A stretch of DNA of 63,005 nt, counting the filler, from Octopus bimaculoides (Eukaryota), in the NCBI RefSeq assembly GCF_001194135.2. It is 5 parts of 5 records of this genome, joined end to end, with 100 filler letters (N's around TTAATTAATTAA, not from the genome) between each part and the next. Parts side by side here need not be neighbours in the genome. Positions count along the whole stretch, not along the records: positions 23,180 to 40,677 come from NC_068992.1; positions 40,778 to 58,634 come from NC_068985.1; 3 more parts are not named here. One strand, written 5' to 3'. The notes beneath the pieces were generated by a model. The model saw nothing but the letters and a program-made list of their open reading frames with translations, was not told the DNA's origin and made no database searches. A program made the position numbers and the translations under genes. Of this stretch, positions 39,339 to 52,628 are shown piece after piece (position 1 is the stretch's first letter; each line of letters starts with the position of its first letter).

Positions 39339-39892
39339 CACACTCGTTCCCTCTCGTTCTCTCTCCCTCTCCGTCTCTCTGTCTCTCTGTCTTTCTGTCT
39401 CTCTATCGCTCCCTTCCTCTCTCTTTCTCTCTCTTTCACTCTATCTCATCCTCTCTCTCCTGCTCTTTCTTTCCCTCTCTCCCTCTTTCTTACTTCCTCT
39501 CCCTCTCCCTTCTTCCCACCTCTCTCTCTCTCTCTCTCTCTACCTATCTTTCTCCCTCTCTTTTGCCAAAGTCAGCATAGGTTATTAACCTCTGTGTTAA
39601 GCAGATGAGAGATAAATCTCATCTAGGACAGATCACTAATCTCTTTATCTTCTTGAGTTCAAGATCTCACCGATTTCATCTTTGCCTTTCATGTTTCTGG
39701 GGTTGATAAAATGGAAGAGCCATTAAATACACGTGTTCAATTACATCAACTAAACCCTCACCCAATTTGAGGCCCCGTGTTTACCTAAAACAAACAAGAA
39801 CATTAGTAATCTAGAATGTTTTCAGAAACTAGCTGCACTGTACCAGCTGTATAATGCGGTCAGTGGAAAATCAGCTCTAGCATTCTAGAAAG

Positions 39893-40265
39893 CAGTGTTT
39901 CTCAAAGTAGGCGGAACTGCCCATCACTCAATTGGAATTCACAGATTTTATATGCGTAGTGGTGACAAGTGGGTGGTAGGGAGGACAATAGACGCGTCTT
40001 TTAATAGGCTTAATTTTCAAAAATATTTTCAGTTTTATTCTGCGTGTGAATGATCTGGTAATACTCGAGGCCGAAATGTTATTTTGACATTCCATATTAT
40101 GTTGAATGGATGATTTATTTGCAATTAGCTTTTTAATGGTGGCCAACATGTCAGCAGTAATTTTTTGTGATGTGTGAAAATTTGCTGAAGGGACATTGAA
40201 GAAGCATTAGTAAAAGAGAAAAAAAAAAGGAGACGCCGATAGTTAAAATGTTTGAGAAGCACTTC
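39893..40265. mobile_element. hAT-type non-autonomous element
   Basis: TIRs CAGTGTTTCTCAAA / TTTGAGAAGCACT, flanked by TCTAGA-like target sequences (TTCTAGAA / CTCTATAA). Confidence 0.6.
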
Positions 40266-40434
40266 TCTATAAACTGTTCGTGGATGTTATGAACGACGAT
40301 GGTATGGGAGTTATTCTAGGCATCGATGTAGACAGTTTAAATTTTTCAACCATTTCTTAGTTATGGATCCTTTTGGTTCTTATTTTACCCAGGATGAACC
40401 CTCCTAGCCATTCGAACTGTTAAAAAGTCCTGCT

Positions 40435-40512
<78 letters not shown>

Positions 40513-40814
40513 GTAGTTATAATCATGCATGTGTTGTCCACTCACCACTGCATAAGTCTAAGTCACTTTGTGGCTGGAGTTGTCGTAATGAAAGAAGCGC
40601 TTATTGGAGGAGAAACAGGTGTCCACAATTGTCTTCTATCCAAAACAATATGATTAACCTTTTCCTTAAGGGCATGTNNNNNNNNNNNNNNNNNNNNNNN
40701 NNNNNNNNNNNNNNNNNNNNNTTAATTAATTAANNNNNNNNNNNNNNNNNNNNNNNNNNNNNNNNNNNNNNNNNNNNATATATATATATGTATGTACATA
40801 TATAGTACTAAAGA

Positions 40815-41143
40815 TCCCAGCAATGCCATCGCGCTTCAGGACCAGTTACTGCAACAGCTTGGGATTCAGGGGCCCACAGCTTTTTAATATTCTCCCAAAG
40901 AGCCTGAGGAATCTGCACAAAGTAGATGTAGGAGTTTTTAAATCAAAGCTGGACCTCTTCCTATCGAGAGTCCCAGATGAACCTACCTCGCGGCAGAAGG
41001 TGCAAATGAGGGTTGCTAAATCAAACTCCATTCTTCACCAAGTGCCACATATTGTAAGAGGCTCCCTGTAATAACAGTGTAGCAACATGGTGGTGCATCA
41101 GCATGGCCGCAGCTCTAAGCTGAAACTATAAATAAAATAAAAA
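40815..41143 (+). mobile_element. CR1-clade LINE 3' end (ORF2 C-terminus, 3' UTR, (TAAAA)n tail)
   Basis: ORF 40823-41071 ...GPQLFNILPKSLRNL...FKSKLDLFLSRVPDEP is a typical CR1 ORF2 end, followed by a short UTR and an AATAA repeat tail. Confidence 0.85.
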
Positions 41144-42265
41144 TATATATATATACACATGGTGCGTTTTAGGTGAATAGAGTTTACCACTTTAACTAGT
41201 CAGGGTAGCAACAAAATGAAAAGTTTGTTTGCACGTTTCGGGCGTTGAACGAAAACTTCAGTATTGACTTTACAGATAATATCTGTTAAATTTTGGTATG
41301 TACGGGTTAGAGAGGGCGAGAGAGAGAGAGAGAGAGAAAGAAAGAGAAGATAGAGAGAGAGAGGAGTATGGCAACAACGATGACGACAGGGACGACAATC
41401 GATGACAACAAAGATGACTACTACGACTACTACTACTGCTGCTGCCACCGCCACCTTTGATACTGCAAGTAGTAGTAGTAGTAGTAGTAGTATTTGTTGT
41501 TGTTGGTGGTGGTGGTGGTGGTGGTAGAGAGAAGCAAGGGGTAGCAAGTCCAGCCGAAAGACCGCAATTGACAAACAACGACCATATACAACTTGTTTTG
41601 GCAGTTACGGAAAAACAGCAGCAACAAAAATTACTACTACTACTACAGATAATAAATATGATAATAGTAGATGTAGAATAAGGGGGATGNNNNNNNNNNN
41701 NNNNNNNNNNNNNNNNNNNNNNNNNNNNNNNNNNNNNNNNNNNNNNNNNNNNNNNNNNNNNNNNNNNNNNNNNNNNNNNNNNNNNNNNNNNNNNNNNNNN
41801 NNNNNNNNNNNNNNNNNNNNNNNNNNNNNNNNNNNNNNNNNNNNNNNNNNNNNNNNNNNNNNNNNNNNNNNNNNNNNNNNNNNNNNNNNNNNNNNNNNNN
41901 NNNNNNNNNNNNNNNNNNNNNNNNNNNNNNNNNNNNNNNNNNNNNNNNNNNNNNNNNNNNNNNNNNNNNNNNNNNNNNNNNNNNNNNNNNNNNNNNNNNN
42001 NNNNNNNNNNNNNNNNNNNNNNNNNNNNNNNNNNNNNNNNNNNNNNNNNNNNNNNNNNNNNNNNNNNNNNNNNNNNNNNNNNNNNNNNNNNNNNNNNNNN
42101 NNNNNNNNNNNNNNNNNNNNNNNNNNNNNNNNNNNNNNNNNNNNNNNNNNNNNNNNNNNNNNNNNNNNNNNNNNNNNNNNNNNNNNNNNNNNNNNNNNNN
42201 NNNNNNNNNNNNNNNNNNNNNNNNNNNNNNNNNNNNNNNNNNNNNNNNNNNNNNNNNNNNNNNNN

Positions 42266-42301
<36 letters not shown>

Positions 42302-42559
42302 CATATATATATACTCATTAGGTGTTCTAGTTGTAACATATACACTATTTATAACGTGACCATCTTCTGTTTTCTTATGGAACTTTTGTTTCTAAAATGT
42401 TAGCCTGGCATACGCGCGCACACACAAATACACACACATAGATACACACATGCACGTAACACATACACGCATGCACGCATCACATACACGCATGCATGCA
42501 TCACGCACGCACATACATAGAGGGTACACTGTCGCTCTCTTTTGTCTTTTTCGACAGTA

Positions 42560-43400
42560 GATATCCGTAGCCGATCTATGCTTGCTGAAGACTAACGATC
42601 AGTGTTGACTCCGCTGGTGAAATTGCCCATTAGCAACTAATCTTTTTGACTTGGGATTTCCTTTACATTCCCCTGCATCTTCCATGGTGATGTTGAGTTC
42701 GTAGATATCTTCCCCAACACGTCCAGTCTTCTGGTGCAGGCCCTGCTACGAACCTCTTCCAACCTGCAGCTGCTGTCTCGAATGAGGTTCAAGACTCCGT
42801 AGGATGATATAGTGCAAGGGGTCCGCAACCCCTTTTTATCCATGGAACCCTTTGATTACTATTTTATTCTGGTAGACTCCTATAGACAATAGTTTTATAG
42901 AAACTTCTTTCAAAGTCCTTATTTTGTCTTTCATACATTAACTTGTATAGGTTGAACATGCTAGAAAGAAACCCAGCTGTTTCTTGCTATACATATCAAT
43001 ACATACATCTAAAGCAACATTTTTTCATGGGCTCTTTTAAAATTTTATTTTGGATCCCCAGTTTACTATTTTGCTGTATCGATGCCAAAAATTCTTATAT
43101 GGAACCTCAGGGGTCATATGAATCCCACCTGTGAACCACTGATCTAGTGGAAGACGGAGGACATGTCCATGTAGCTGTGAGTTGGGAGGCTGCAGCCTGG
43201 TGTGTGCACGCACGCAATTCTTTGTTGGAAACGTGATGGTATTATCTGATTTGATGCTCTCGGTAGTTCTCGGGGCTCTGCTATCGAAGCCGCCGGCCCT
43301 CTTTGCCAGAATCTTCGAAAGAGAGCATGTTTCTTCTCCATTCTTGTGACGACGTCCCCAGGAAAAGAAGTAGGATCTCCCAAGACATAAATAGAGGTAG
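42560..43400 (-). mobile_element. RTE-type LINE apurinic endonuclease remnant, split by a hAT MITE
   Basis: Degenerate motifs RFWQRG...EPRE, GVLNLI, KEIPSQ...LLMGNFTSGVNTD resemble APE motifs FWQG..EPRE and xxGDFNARVG. Confidence 0.55.
42815..43141. mobile_element. hAT-type MITE with 8-bp TSD
   Basis: Ends CAAGGGGTCCGCAA / GTGAACCACTG; flanks ATATAGTG (42807-42814) and ATCTAGTG (43142-43149), 7/8 identical. Confidence 0.75.
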
Positions 43401-45184
43401 TCTGACCGTGGTAGGAGTGTTGAGTAGCAGTCGAGTAGCGGTTGTGTAGCTGTTGAGTAGAGATCGTCTGAAGGTGCTAGATAGAAGTAGCTTGAGACAT
43501 AACATCCATAGAGGTGAATGGAGAGAAGCCGATGCGCTGTCGAAGCAGAGCTTCATCTTCCAGGACACAGAACAGTGGTGTCAAACGGGCATTTATAGGG
43601 AGTACGTGACCCCGGCAACCAGACCACATCTACGGTTGACCTCCGAGGTTACATCACCTCAGGTAGATGAAAAACCTGACAATTTCCACGACATTGGGCC
43701 AGTATGGAGAGGGGGAGGAGAGAGTCACCTCGAACATGCTTCTACACATATGTAGTTTGCTTACGTATGTGAATGTGTCTTGTAATATATATATATATAT
43801 ATACAGAGAGAGAGAGAGAGATAGTAGGGATTTAAAAGCCACTGCTGATGATATCAGTAGACGGATACAGCGAATGGGGATTAAATGGCATACTACAAAA
43901 CGTATACTCAAACTTGAAGTTATTATATACATACGTTCATATATACATATATACAATAATTTCATTTATTTGCCACCAGAGCATACATATATACATGTAT
44001 GTATGTATGTATGTATGTATGTATGTATGTATGTATGCATGTATGTATGTTTGTATGTATACACACACACACACACAAACACACCACTCCTACGTTTAAA
44101 ACAAACCCATCTTAAGCTAAACAACATCTTATTAAAGAGAAATCCTTATCCCTACCAGAGCTATCGGGTGAAGCTTTTGCGGAAGAAACAAAATTAGTTC
44201 TGACAGTGTCGTTCATTTGTTTTACATATATATNNNNNNNNNNNNNNNNNNNNNNNNNNNNNNNNNNNNNNNNNNNNNNNNNNNNNNNNNNNNNNNNNNN
44301 NNNNNNNNNNNNNNNNNNNNNNNNNNNNNNNNNNNNNNNNNNNNNNNNNNNNNNNNNNNNNNNNNNNNNNNNNNNNNNNNNNNNNNNNNNNNNNNNNNNN
44401 NNNNNNNNNNNNNNNNNNNNNNNNNNNNNNNNNNNNNNNNNNNNNNNNNNNNNNNNNNNNNNNNNNNNNNNNNNNNNNNNNNNNNNNNNNNNNNNNNNNN
44501 NNNNNNNNNNNNNNNNNNNNNNNNNNNNNNNNNNNNNNNNNNNNNNNNNNNNNNNNNNNNNNNNNNNNNNNNNNNNNNNNNNNNNNNNNNNNNNNNNNNN
44601 NNNNNNNNNNNNNNNNNNNNNNNNNNNNNNNNNNNNNNNNNNNNNNNNNNNNNNNNNNNNNNNNNNNNNNNNNNNNNNNNNNNNNNNNNNNNNNNNNNNN
44701 NNNNNNNNNNNNNNNNNNNNNNNNNNNNNNNNNNNNNNNNNNNNNNNNNNNNNNNNNNNNNNNNNNNNNNNNNNNNNNNNNNNNNNNNNNNNNNNNNNNN
44801 NNNNNNNNNNNNNNNNNNNNNNNNNNNNNNNNNNNNNNNNNNNNNNNNNNNNNNNNNNNNNNNNNNNNNNNNNNNNNNNNNNNNNNNNNNNNNNNNNNNN
44901 NNNNNNNNNNNNNNNNNNNNNNNNNNNNNNNNNNNNNNNNNNNNNNNNNNNNNNNNNNNNNNNNNNNNNNNNNNNNNNNNNNNNNNNNNNNNNNNNNNNN
45001 NNNNNNNNNNNNNNNNNNNNNNNNNNNNNNNNNNNNNNNNNNNNNNNNNNNNNNNNNNNNNNNNNNNNNNNNNNNNNNNNNNNNNNNNNNNNNNNNNNNN
45101 NNNNNNNNNNNNNNNNNNNNNNNNNNNNNNNNNNNNNNNNNNNNNNNNNNNNNNNNNNNNNNNNNNNNNNNNNNNNNNNNNNNN

Positions 45185-45216
<32 letters not shown>

Positions 45217-45496
45217 TGTGTTGTATGACTATTTGGACAAATATAGGATTCGTTGAAACTGAATACCCGAATTCCTCTCATGATGCAATTTCTGGTACTC
45301 CACCCTTTCCCTATTGTCCAAGAATCCTGACTTTCACACACTCGACAAACATTATCAAACGATCCCATATATTTTTCAGCTAAGGTAACTCTTCTTTGAA
45401 TCGCAATAACTAACCGGTATTTAGATTAATCGCCTACACATAGCTTGATATTACCATATGATGTGTGTGTGTGCGTGTGTGCACATACAGACAGAC

Positions 45497-45574
<78 letters not shown>

Positions 45575-47199
45575 AGAGAAGGGCACACAATACGCTTTGT
45601 GGGAGTTATATGTATTATTTAAAACAGTTAGATTCGGCTCCATGCATCTTAAGGTTACGCGGGCTTCTAACAGAAGCCCAACCCAATCTAAAACCTGATA
45701 TATATATAAATGCATGTATGTATGTATGTTTTTATGTATGTGTGTATTATTCGTATATTCGTATTATTTAAAGACCTTCTTAAACTGTATATTTATTTGT
45801 AGTTTTGCAAGCGTGGATGTCTCATATTTTTCCCTTATGCAAGTCGTATTTTCAGACCATACTTTTACAGGCAAAAGTGGTAGCTTGGCGTATACACGAA
45901 GACAAATTTGGAGAAACTAACAGTTGTATGTGAAATGCAACAGGATTTGATAAGATAGTGACGATGCGACAAAGTTTACTCTCCATGTTTGCATGTATAT
46001 TTATATGTATGTATGTGTTGTGGCAAGACTACAACACCTGATAAGAATAGACGGGACGACTACATATAAACAGTAGCGCTCTGACGTAGTCGGCAGTTCG
46101 TAGTTTGGTCTTCGAAGTTCAGGTACAATTTACAGTCTCAGTGTGTTGGAAATATTGATTGTTGGTTCGTTATGTGTTTGTTGCTGCCAGTATTTCTATT
46201 TTGTATTGTTATAACACTATTACAGTGTAGTCTTTATGTATCATCGACAATATCAATCGTATTGGAGGCTTAAGAATATATATATATATATGAAATATAT
46301 ATAGGAAATCGACGGTCGGTTGTTAGTGGTATCAAAACATTTATACAATAGTTACATAGAAGCAAGTAGACATATAATTAATCAGAGGGATATGAAAATC
46401 AGGAAAACACGGTTTCATATTAAGGTTCTTACGAATAAGTGAGAGGAGGATACATTAAAACTTTACAGCTGTTTCTGGTGTCTACTGTTCAGTCAGTACA
46501 ACAATATGCATTGTGAATACCTATACATTAAGTAAATTGGTGTTTACAAATGTCTATCTCTAATATATGCTACGCCTTTTTGGCGACGCATTCATAATTT
46601 GATTACAGGAAAAGTGAAGCTTTCAGTATGTAATTGTCCTAATTGAAGAACACTGATGAGGTATTTCTGCAACTGTTATGAAATTATTATGTAATTTTGT
46701 TGACATGCTTGTATGTTCTATAAAGCATTAAATACTATACCTGTTTTCTGAAAATTATTATTCCCCATACCTACCTACCTACATACATACATACATACAT
46801 ACATACATACATACANNNNNNNNNNCATACAATATGCATACATACACACACATACATACATATACATACATATGCATACATGACATGCATACTTATATAT
46901 TTACATATATATTTACACAGAATATATATATATGAATCGTAAATGAATATATATGTACATGCATACTTATATACAAGCACACACATATTTATATGCAATA
47001 GAATTGGATCTCGGTCAGAATTACCGACCATAAGTGTGAACATGTTCATTCAATTCAAGTATGAGCCACATTGATTTAACGCTTCAAAAACTTAGTATTC
47101 CAGCCACACGCGTATCCTGAACATAATTCTCATACAATAATCATGATGCAGCGTGTTTCAAGGCAGGAGTTTCGAATAAAAGGCACATCGATCCGATAG

Positions 47200-47340
47200 T
47201 TTTCTACACATTTTCTAGCAACCTAATTTCACTTACAATATGCAGATAAAACCGAGGACGTAAAATATGACACTTGTCTAAAATATCACAGGCTGGAATC
47301 GAAACCAAAATCGCATGACTTCATAGAAAATGTTTTGATT
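47200..47340 (-). mobile_element. Highly degenerate CORE-type SINE
   Basis: Weak similarity to the reverse complement of 10753-10915 (CTAATTTCACTTACAA, GACACTTGTC, GAATCGAAACC). Confidence 0.4.
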
Positions 47341-47417
47341 ATACAGTTATATAACTAATCCGACTTCAGAATATATATAGACAGATAGACAGACAACAGA
47401 CAGACAGACAGGCAGGC

Positions 47418-47466
<49 letters not shown>

Positions 47467-47475
47467 TTCATATGC

Positions 47476-47511
<36 letters not shown>

Positions 47512-47593
47512 GCTTGTCTGGCTGGCTGGCTGGCTCTGGCTCTCTCTTTCTCTCACTCCCCCTCTCGCTTTCTCCCTATATATATATATATAC

Positions 47594-47674
<81 letters not shown>

Positions 47675-48179
47675 GTTATAAATACACACACACAGATGTA
47701 GGTATGCATGTATGTACATACACTTGACGGCTTGCGTAAAATTCACTCTCCATTATGAATATTGAATAAGATTTCTAGAAATTTGTCCTATATAATATAT
47801 ATTAAATTTTGGCATTGTAAATTACAGAGAACTAATTATGGAATACGACATACCACAAATACCAACCATTTTCAATCTCTGTGTGAAACTTTTTGGTTTT
47901 TAGTTTGCAGCAGTGTTCCTGGACTTTTTTTGTTTTTTTTTGTTTTCGTAATTTCTATGACTCAAAATGCACTAATTGTTTATCGAATATTAACCTTTTT
48001 GGCTGGAGTGTTTCTACTTTGTTTACATAAACTTTGCACTTTAAACTATGTTTTTAAAATATTACTGAAGTCATTTAAAGCTATAACGGGGAAATGATCG
48101 TTTGCGACAACTCGTGTGTGCATGTGCGTGTACGCGTGTATGTGTGAGTGTGTGTTTACACGCGCACAGCTGTTATCGT

Positions 48180-48234
<55 letters not shown>

Positions 48235-48235
48235 T

Positions 48236-48533
48236 TCATTTCTACTCTAGGCACAAGGCCAGAAATTTGGGGAGAGGGGAGCCAGTCAATTAGATCGACT
48301 TCAGTACGCAACTGCCCACAAGGGGCTACACATAGAAGGGGACAAACAAGGACAGACAAACGGATTAAGTCGATTATATTGACCGCAGTGCGTAATTGGT
48401 ACTTATTTAATCGACTCCGAAACGATGAATGGCAAAGTCGACCTCGTCGGAATTTGAACTCAGAACGTAGCAGCAGACGAAATACCGCTAAGCATTTCGC
48501 CCGGCGTGCTAACGTTTCTGCCAGCTCGCCGCC
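48236..48533 (-). mobile_element. Full-length tRNA-derived SINE carrying both tail variants
   Basis: Minus strand starts GGCGGCGAGCTGGCAGAAACGTTAGCACGCCGGGCG with B-box GAGTTCAAATTCC; 3' part has the GCCCCTTGTGGG tail followed by the TGGCCTTGTGCC tail. Confidence 0.9.
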
Positions 48534-48579
48534 AATCTGAAGCCAAGTGCTTATTCTATCGACTCATCCCCTCCCCCAA

Positions 48580-48740
48580 AATTGCTATGCTGTGGCACCG
48601 CCTTGGGTTTGGTCGAACGAAGCGTCCTCAGTACTTACTTTTTGTCAGTCTGGTACCTATTCTATCGGTTAGTTTCGCCGAACCGTTAGATTACGGGAAG
48701 GTAAACAAATCAACACTGGTTGTGAACCAACGGTGCTGGA
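48580..48740 (-). mobile_element. SINE-like repeat with CR1-like tail (CCGAACCGCTAAGTTACG family)
   Basis: TTTCGCCGAACCGTTAGATTACGGG...AAACAAATCAACACTGGTTG recurs at 55203-55265 and 53285-53305; the CTATGCTGTGGCACCGCC end resembles the CR1 3' UTR. Confidence 0.5.
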
Positions 48741-49220
48741 CAATCACACAGACACGCACATACACACACACGGCGGCGGTGGCTGCTGCGGCGGCGGCGG
48801 TGGTGGTGGTGGTGGTGGTGGTGGTTTGACACAGCGTTAATGGCGGTAAAAGCGCTTGTGGTAAACGCATCGTTATTGTTGTTGGTGGTGTTGGTGGTGA
48901 CATTGGCCTTTGTCGTGTTCGTATAGGAGTTGCTGTTGGTGTCGATAATTGTTTTTATGGGTGTTGGTGAGGCGGTAGGTTTGGAATAAAAGTGAAAGCA
49001 GAAGTAATTAATTCAAAAATATAGTAATTGCAATCCTTCACTTTGCAAGTATGCCTTTCCCATACTTTTATTTCCCTTCCGCATAAACCTCTTAAGATAA
49101 ATAGATACATAGATAGATAAATAGTTAGATAAATAGATAGATAGAGAGAGAGAGAGAGGGAGAGAGAGGGGGGTAGAGAGTTAAATAGGTTGGTAGATAG
49201 ATAGGTATATAGAGAGATAG

Positions 49221-49251
<31 letters not shown>

Positions 49252-49330
49252 CATACATATTCATGCAATTATCAAGTATTACCTCTAAAATTGACTTTAC
49301 ATATGTATATATATATGTATGTGTACGTAT

Positions 49331-49388
<58 letters not shown>

Positions 49389-49553
49389 TAGGGCACTACC
49401 TCATATATATATATACATAAATGCTTGTAGAAAGATAGATTTAGATATATGCATATACACACATATGTGTGTGCATGTATATGTGTGGATATATATATAT
49501 ATCTATATATATATACAAATATACACAAACATGTGTGTGCATGGATGTGTGTG

Positions 49554-49584
<31 letters not shown>

Positions 49585-51624
49585 ACACACACATACACAC
49601 ACATATATGTCAAGAGGGAGAGAAAGAGAGAGGAAGAGAAAGAGAAGGCTGTTGACCATTGACTCTTCCAACTTCATCCTACGGCAACTGACATTCAAAT
49701 TCTGTCGGAAAGACCTACTCCTGCTCGCATTACGACTCTAATAACGGAAATGACGTCACAAGTGGCTACATGCATAATACAAGTATACGTAATTTAATTG
49801 CAGTTAATAAAATTCTAGTCAAATTTCAGAAATGTTTGGAAGTTAAACATTTATTTGGTTAAGATAGATTGCTATCATTTTTATTTCGCAATATAATTAT
49901 GTTCAAAACCATGAATTACTATTGTGACACTCATATATACACACAGACAGACGGTCATACTGTTTTACAGCCCTAAAAGTCCCGATGTATTATATCTTAC
50001 GTAGCAAATCTTTCAGCATGGCACATAGTTTATCGATGTCTTTTTGTAGAACAGTTAAATAACAGGATATAAAGAACCGCAAAGAAAGCGAAAGTGTTTT
50101 CAGACAGGGGTAAGCATAAACTTAGTAACGAGTACATATATTTACACACGCACATTCGCACACACGAATACACGAACGCTCACGCGTGTTGCGAAGTCCC
50201 TCGCAAACAGAAAAGCAGATACATACGCATGCACGTATATCTTCGGCCGCTATGCAGTTATTTTTCACCAAATTCTACGAACAAGGAAAAAGAAGATTGG
50301 CCTAAAGCGCCACATAACGGGATTGATCCTGAAACCAAGTGGTTCAGTAGCATTATTGCTACTGAGAACCATCCTTGGAATATACCAAAAACCACCCTTA
50401 GAATATATATATATATANNNNNNNNNNNNNNNNNNNNNNNNNNNNNNNNNNNNNNNNNNNNNNNNNNNNNNNNNNNNNNNNNNNNNNNNNNNNNNNNNNN
50501 NNNNNNNNNNNNNNNNNNNNNNNNNNNNNNNNNNNNNNNNNNNNNNNNNNNNNNNNNNNNNNNNNNNNNNNNNNNNNNNNNNNNNNNNNNNNNNNNNNNN
50601 NNNNNNNNNNNNNNNNNNNNNNNNNNNNNNNNNNNNNNNNNNNNNNNNNNNNNNNNNNNNNNNNNNNNNNNNNNNNNNNNNNNNNNNNNNNNNNNNNNNN
50701 NNNNNNNNNNNNNNNNNNNNNNNNNNNNNNNNNNNNNNNNNNNNNNNNNNNNNNNNNNNNNNNNNNNNNNNNNNNNNNNNNNNNNNNNNNNNNNNNNNNN
50801 NNNNNNNNNNNNNNNNNNNNNNNNNNNNNNNNNNNNNNNNNNNNNNNNNNNNNNNNNNNNNNNNNNNNNNNNNNNNNNNNNNNNNNNNNNNNNNNNNNNN
50901 NNNNNNNNNNNNNNNNNNNNNNNNNNNNNNNNNNNNNNNNNNNNNNNNNNNNNNNNNNNNNNNNNNNNNNNNNNNNNNNNNNNNNNNNNNNNNNNNNNNN
51001 NNNNNNNNNNNNNNNNNNNNNNNNNNNNNNNNNNNNNNNNNNNNNNNNNNNNNNNNNNNNNNNNNNNNNNNNNNNNNNNNNNNNNNNNNNNNNNNNNNNN
51101 NNNNNNNNNNNNNNNNNNNNNNNNNNNNNNNNNNNNNNNNNNNNNNNNNNNNNNNNNNNNNNNNNNNNNNNNNNNNNNNNNNNNTATAGTTTTAGGGAAA
51201 AGAACCAAGGTTCATGAACTCATCGATTATAATCCACGGTCACATTTAATGAATTTAATTGAGTTTTTACTTGTAAATTTGGATTTTTATCCCTATTATT
51301 ATCATCATTATTATTATTATTATTATTATTACTATATATATATATACACACATGCATACTTTAAATAGAGAAGCAGTGACGAGTGAAAATTCTGCAATTG
51401 ATAATGATAATTATAAGCTTAAAGCTTATAAGCGATCACCTTGTATTGGCTGAAGAAAACAGTCTTATATTCGGTCATATAAAGCCCCCAACGAACTAAT
51501 ACCCACTTTTTTTTTCCGTCGAGAGCTTATATGCTCGAATATTACACTATTTTCTATCGCCAGTACACTGTGATCACTAATTAGTTTTAAGCACATGATT
51601 ATTATAGTTATTGTTATTATTATT

Positions 51625-51812
51625 AAGGTGGCTCGCATGGTACAATGTTTAGTAGTATTTCCTCTGCCACTACGTTCTAAGTTCAAATTCTGCAGAGTCG
51701 ACTTTGCCTTTCATCCCTTGGGGTCGATAAATTAATTACCCGCTGAGGGTTGGGTTCGATGTAATCGACCATTCCCCCGTCCCTTAATTTTGAGGCTTTG
51801 TGCCTATAGTAG
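51625..51812 (+). mobile_element. tRNA-derived SINE, degenerate
   Basis: TACGTTCTAAGTTCAAATTC...GTCGACTTTGCCTTTCATCCC...GGGTCGATAAATT core plus tail. Confidence 0.8.
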
Positions 51813-51850
51813 AATGCATTACTCACACACACACACATACACACACAACC

Positions 51851-51883
<33 letters not shown>

Positions 51884-51889
51884 CATACG

Positions 51890-52045
51890 CGAGGGAATGC
51901 TAAAAAATTCCTGGCTTCAGATAAAAGAAACTGCAAAAGGATAAATTATGATTTTATTCAACACATTCTCCTCTCAGATTCAGTTTTCACTAAGCCTCTG
52001 ACCAGGCCTCTCGAGACACCCTTAAAGCCAAGAACCTTTCAGCAG

Positions 52046-52052
<7 letters not shown>
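51890..52052. mobile_element. Tc1/mariner-type MITE
   Basis: TIRs CGAGGGAATGCTAAAAAATTCCTGGCTT / AAGCCAAGAACCTTTCAGCAGCCCCTCG; related to 14301-14515. Confidence 0.7.
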
Positions 52053-52089
<37 letters not shown>

Positions 52090-52343
52090 TTGTGTGTGTG
52101 TGTGTATGTGTTTGTGTGTGTGTGTGTGTATTTGCATGTATGTATGCATGCATGCTCGAAAATGCGAATGCATTTATCAGTACTTTTGTATGTAGGAATG
52201 CATGTTGTATATATATATATATATACGTCTCTGTGCGTGTGTGTGCACTTATGTCTATATATATATANNNNNNNNNNNNNNNNNNNNNNNNNNNNNNNNN
52301 NNNNNNNNNNNNNNNNNNNNNNNNNNNNNNNNNNNNNNNNNNN

Positions 52344-52376
<33 letters not shown>

Positions 52377-52405
52377 GCATGTCGGGATGTTTGTAATATA
52401 CGAAA

Positions 52406-52620
52406 GGCGGCGAGCTGGCAGAATCGTTAGCACGCCGGGTGGAACGCTTAGTGGAATTTCGTCTCCCGATACGTTCTGAGTTCAAATTCCGCCGAGGTCG
52501 ACTTTGCCTTTCACCCTTTCGGGATCGATAAATTAAGTACCAGTTGCGTACTGCGGTCGTTCTGATCGACTGGCCCCCCTCCCCCAAAATTTCAGACCTT
52601 GTGCCTTGAGTAGAAAAGAA
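52406..52620 (+). mobile_element. Full-length tRNA-derived SINE (tail type A)
   Basis: GGCGGCGAGCTGGCAGAATCGTTAGC A-box region, GAGTTCAAATTCC B-box, tail CCCCCTCCCCCAAAATTTCAGACCTTGTGCC. Confidence 0.9.
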
Positions 52621-52628
52621 TATATTAT

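Noticed and set aside
41270-41681. ORFs around GREKQGVASPAERPQLTNNDHIQLVLAV
   Set aside because: Short unique core between triplet repeats with no recognisable domain or convincing splice pair
45371-45388. TTTTCAG-CTAAG-GTAACT 5-nt and GTTTTCAG-ACAGGG-GTAAGC (50104-50109) 6-nt microexon-like patterns
   Set aside because: The first is frame-shifting with a weak donor; the second lacks a pyrimidine tract; such matches are expected by chance in 55 kb
49735-49990. Possible Helentron/DINE-like non-autonomous element (also 3260-3500, 32650-32725)
   Set aside because: Only vague hallmarks (CCAAATTT, GACAGACGG); boundaries and subterminal repeats could not be established
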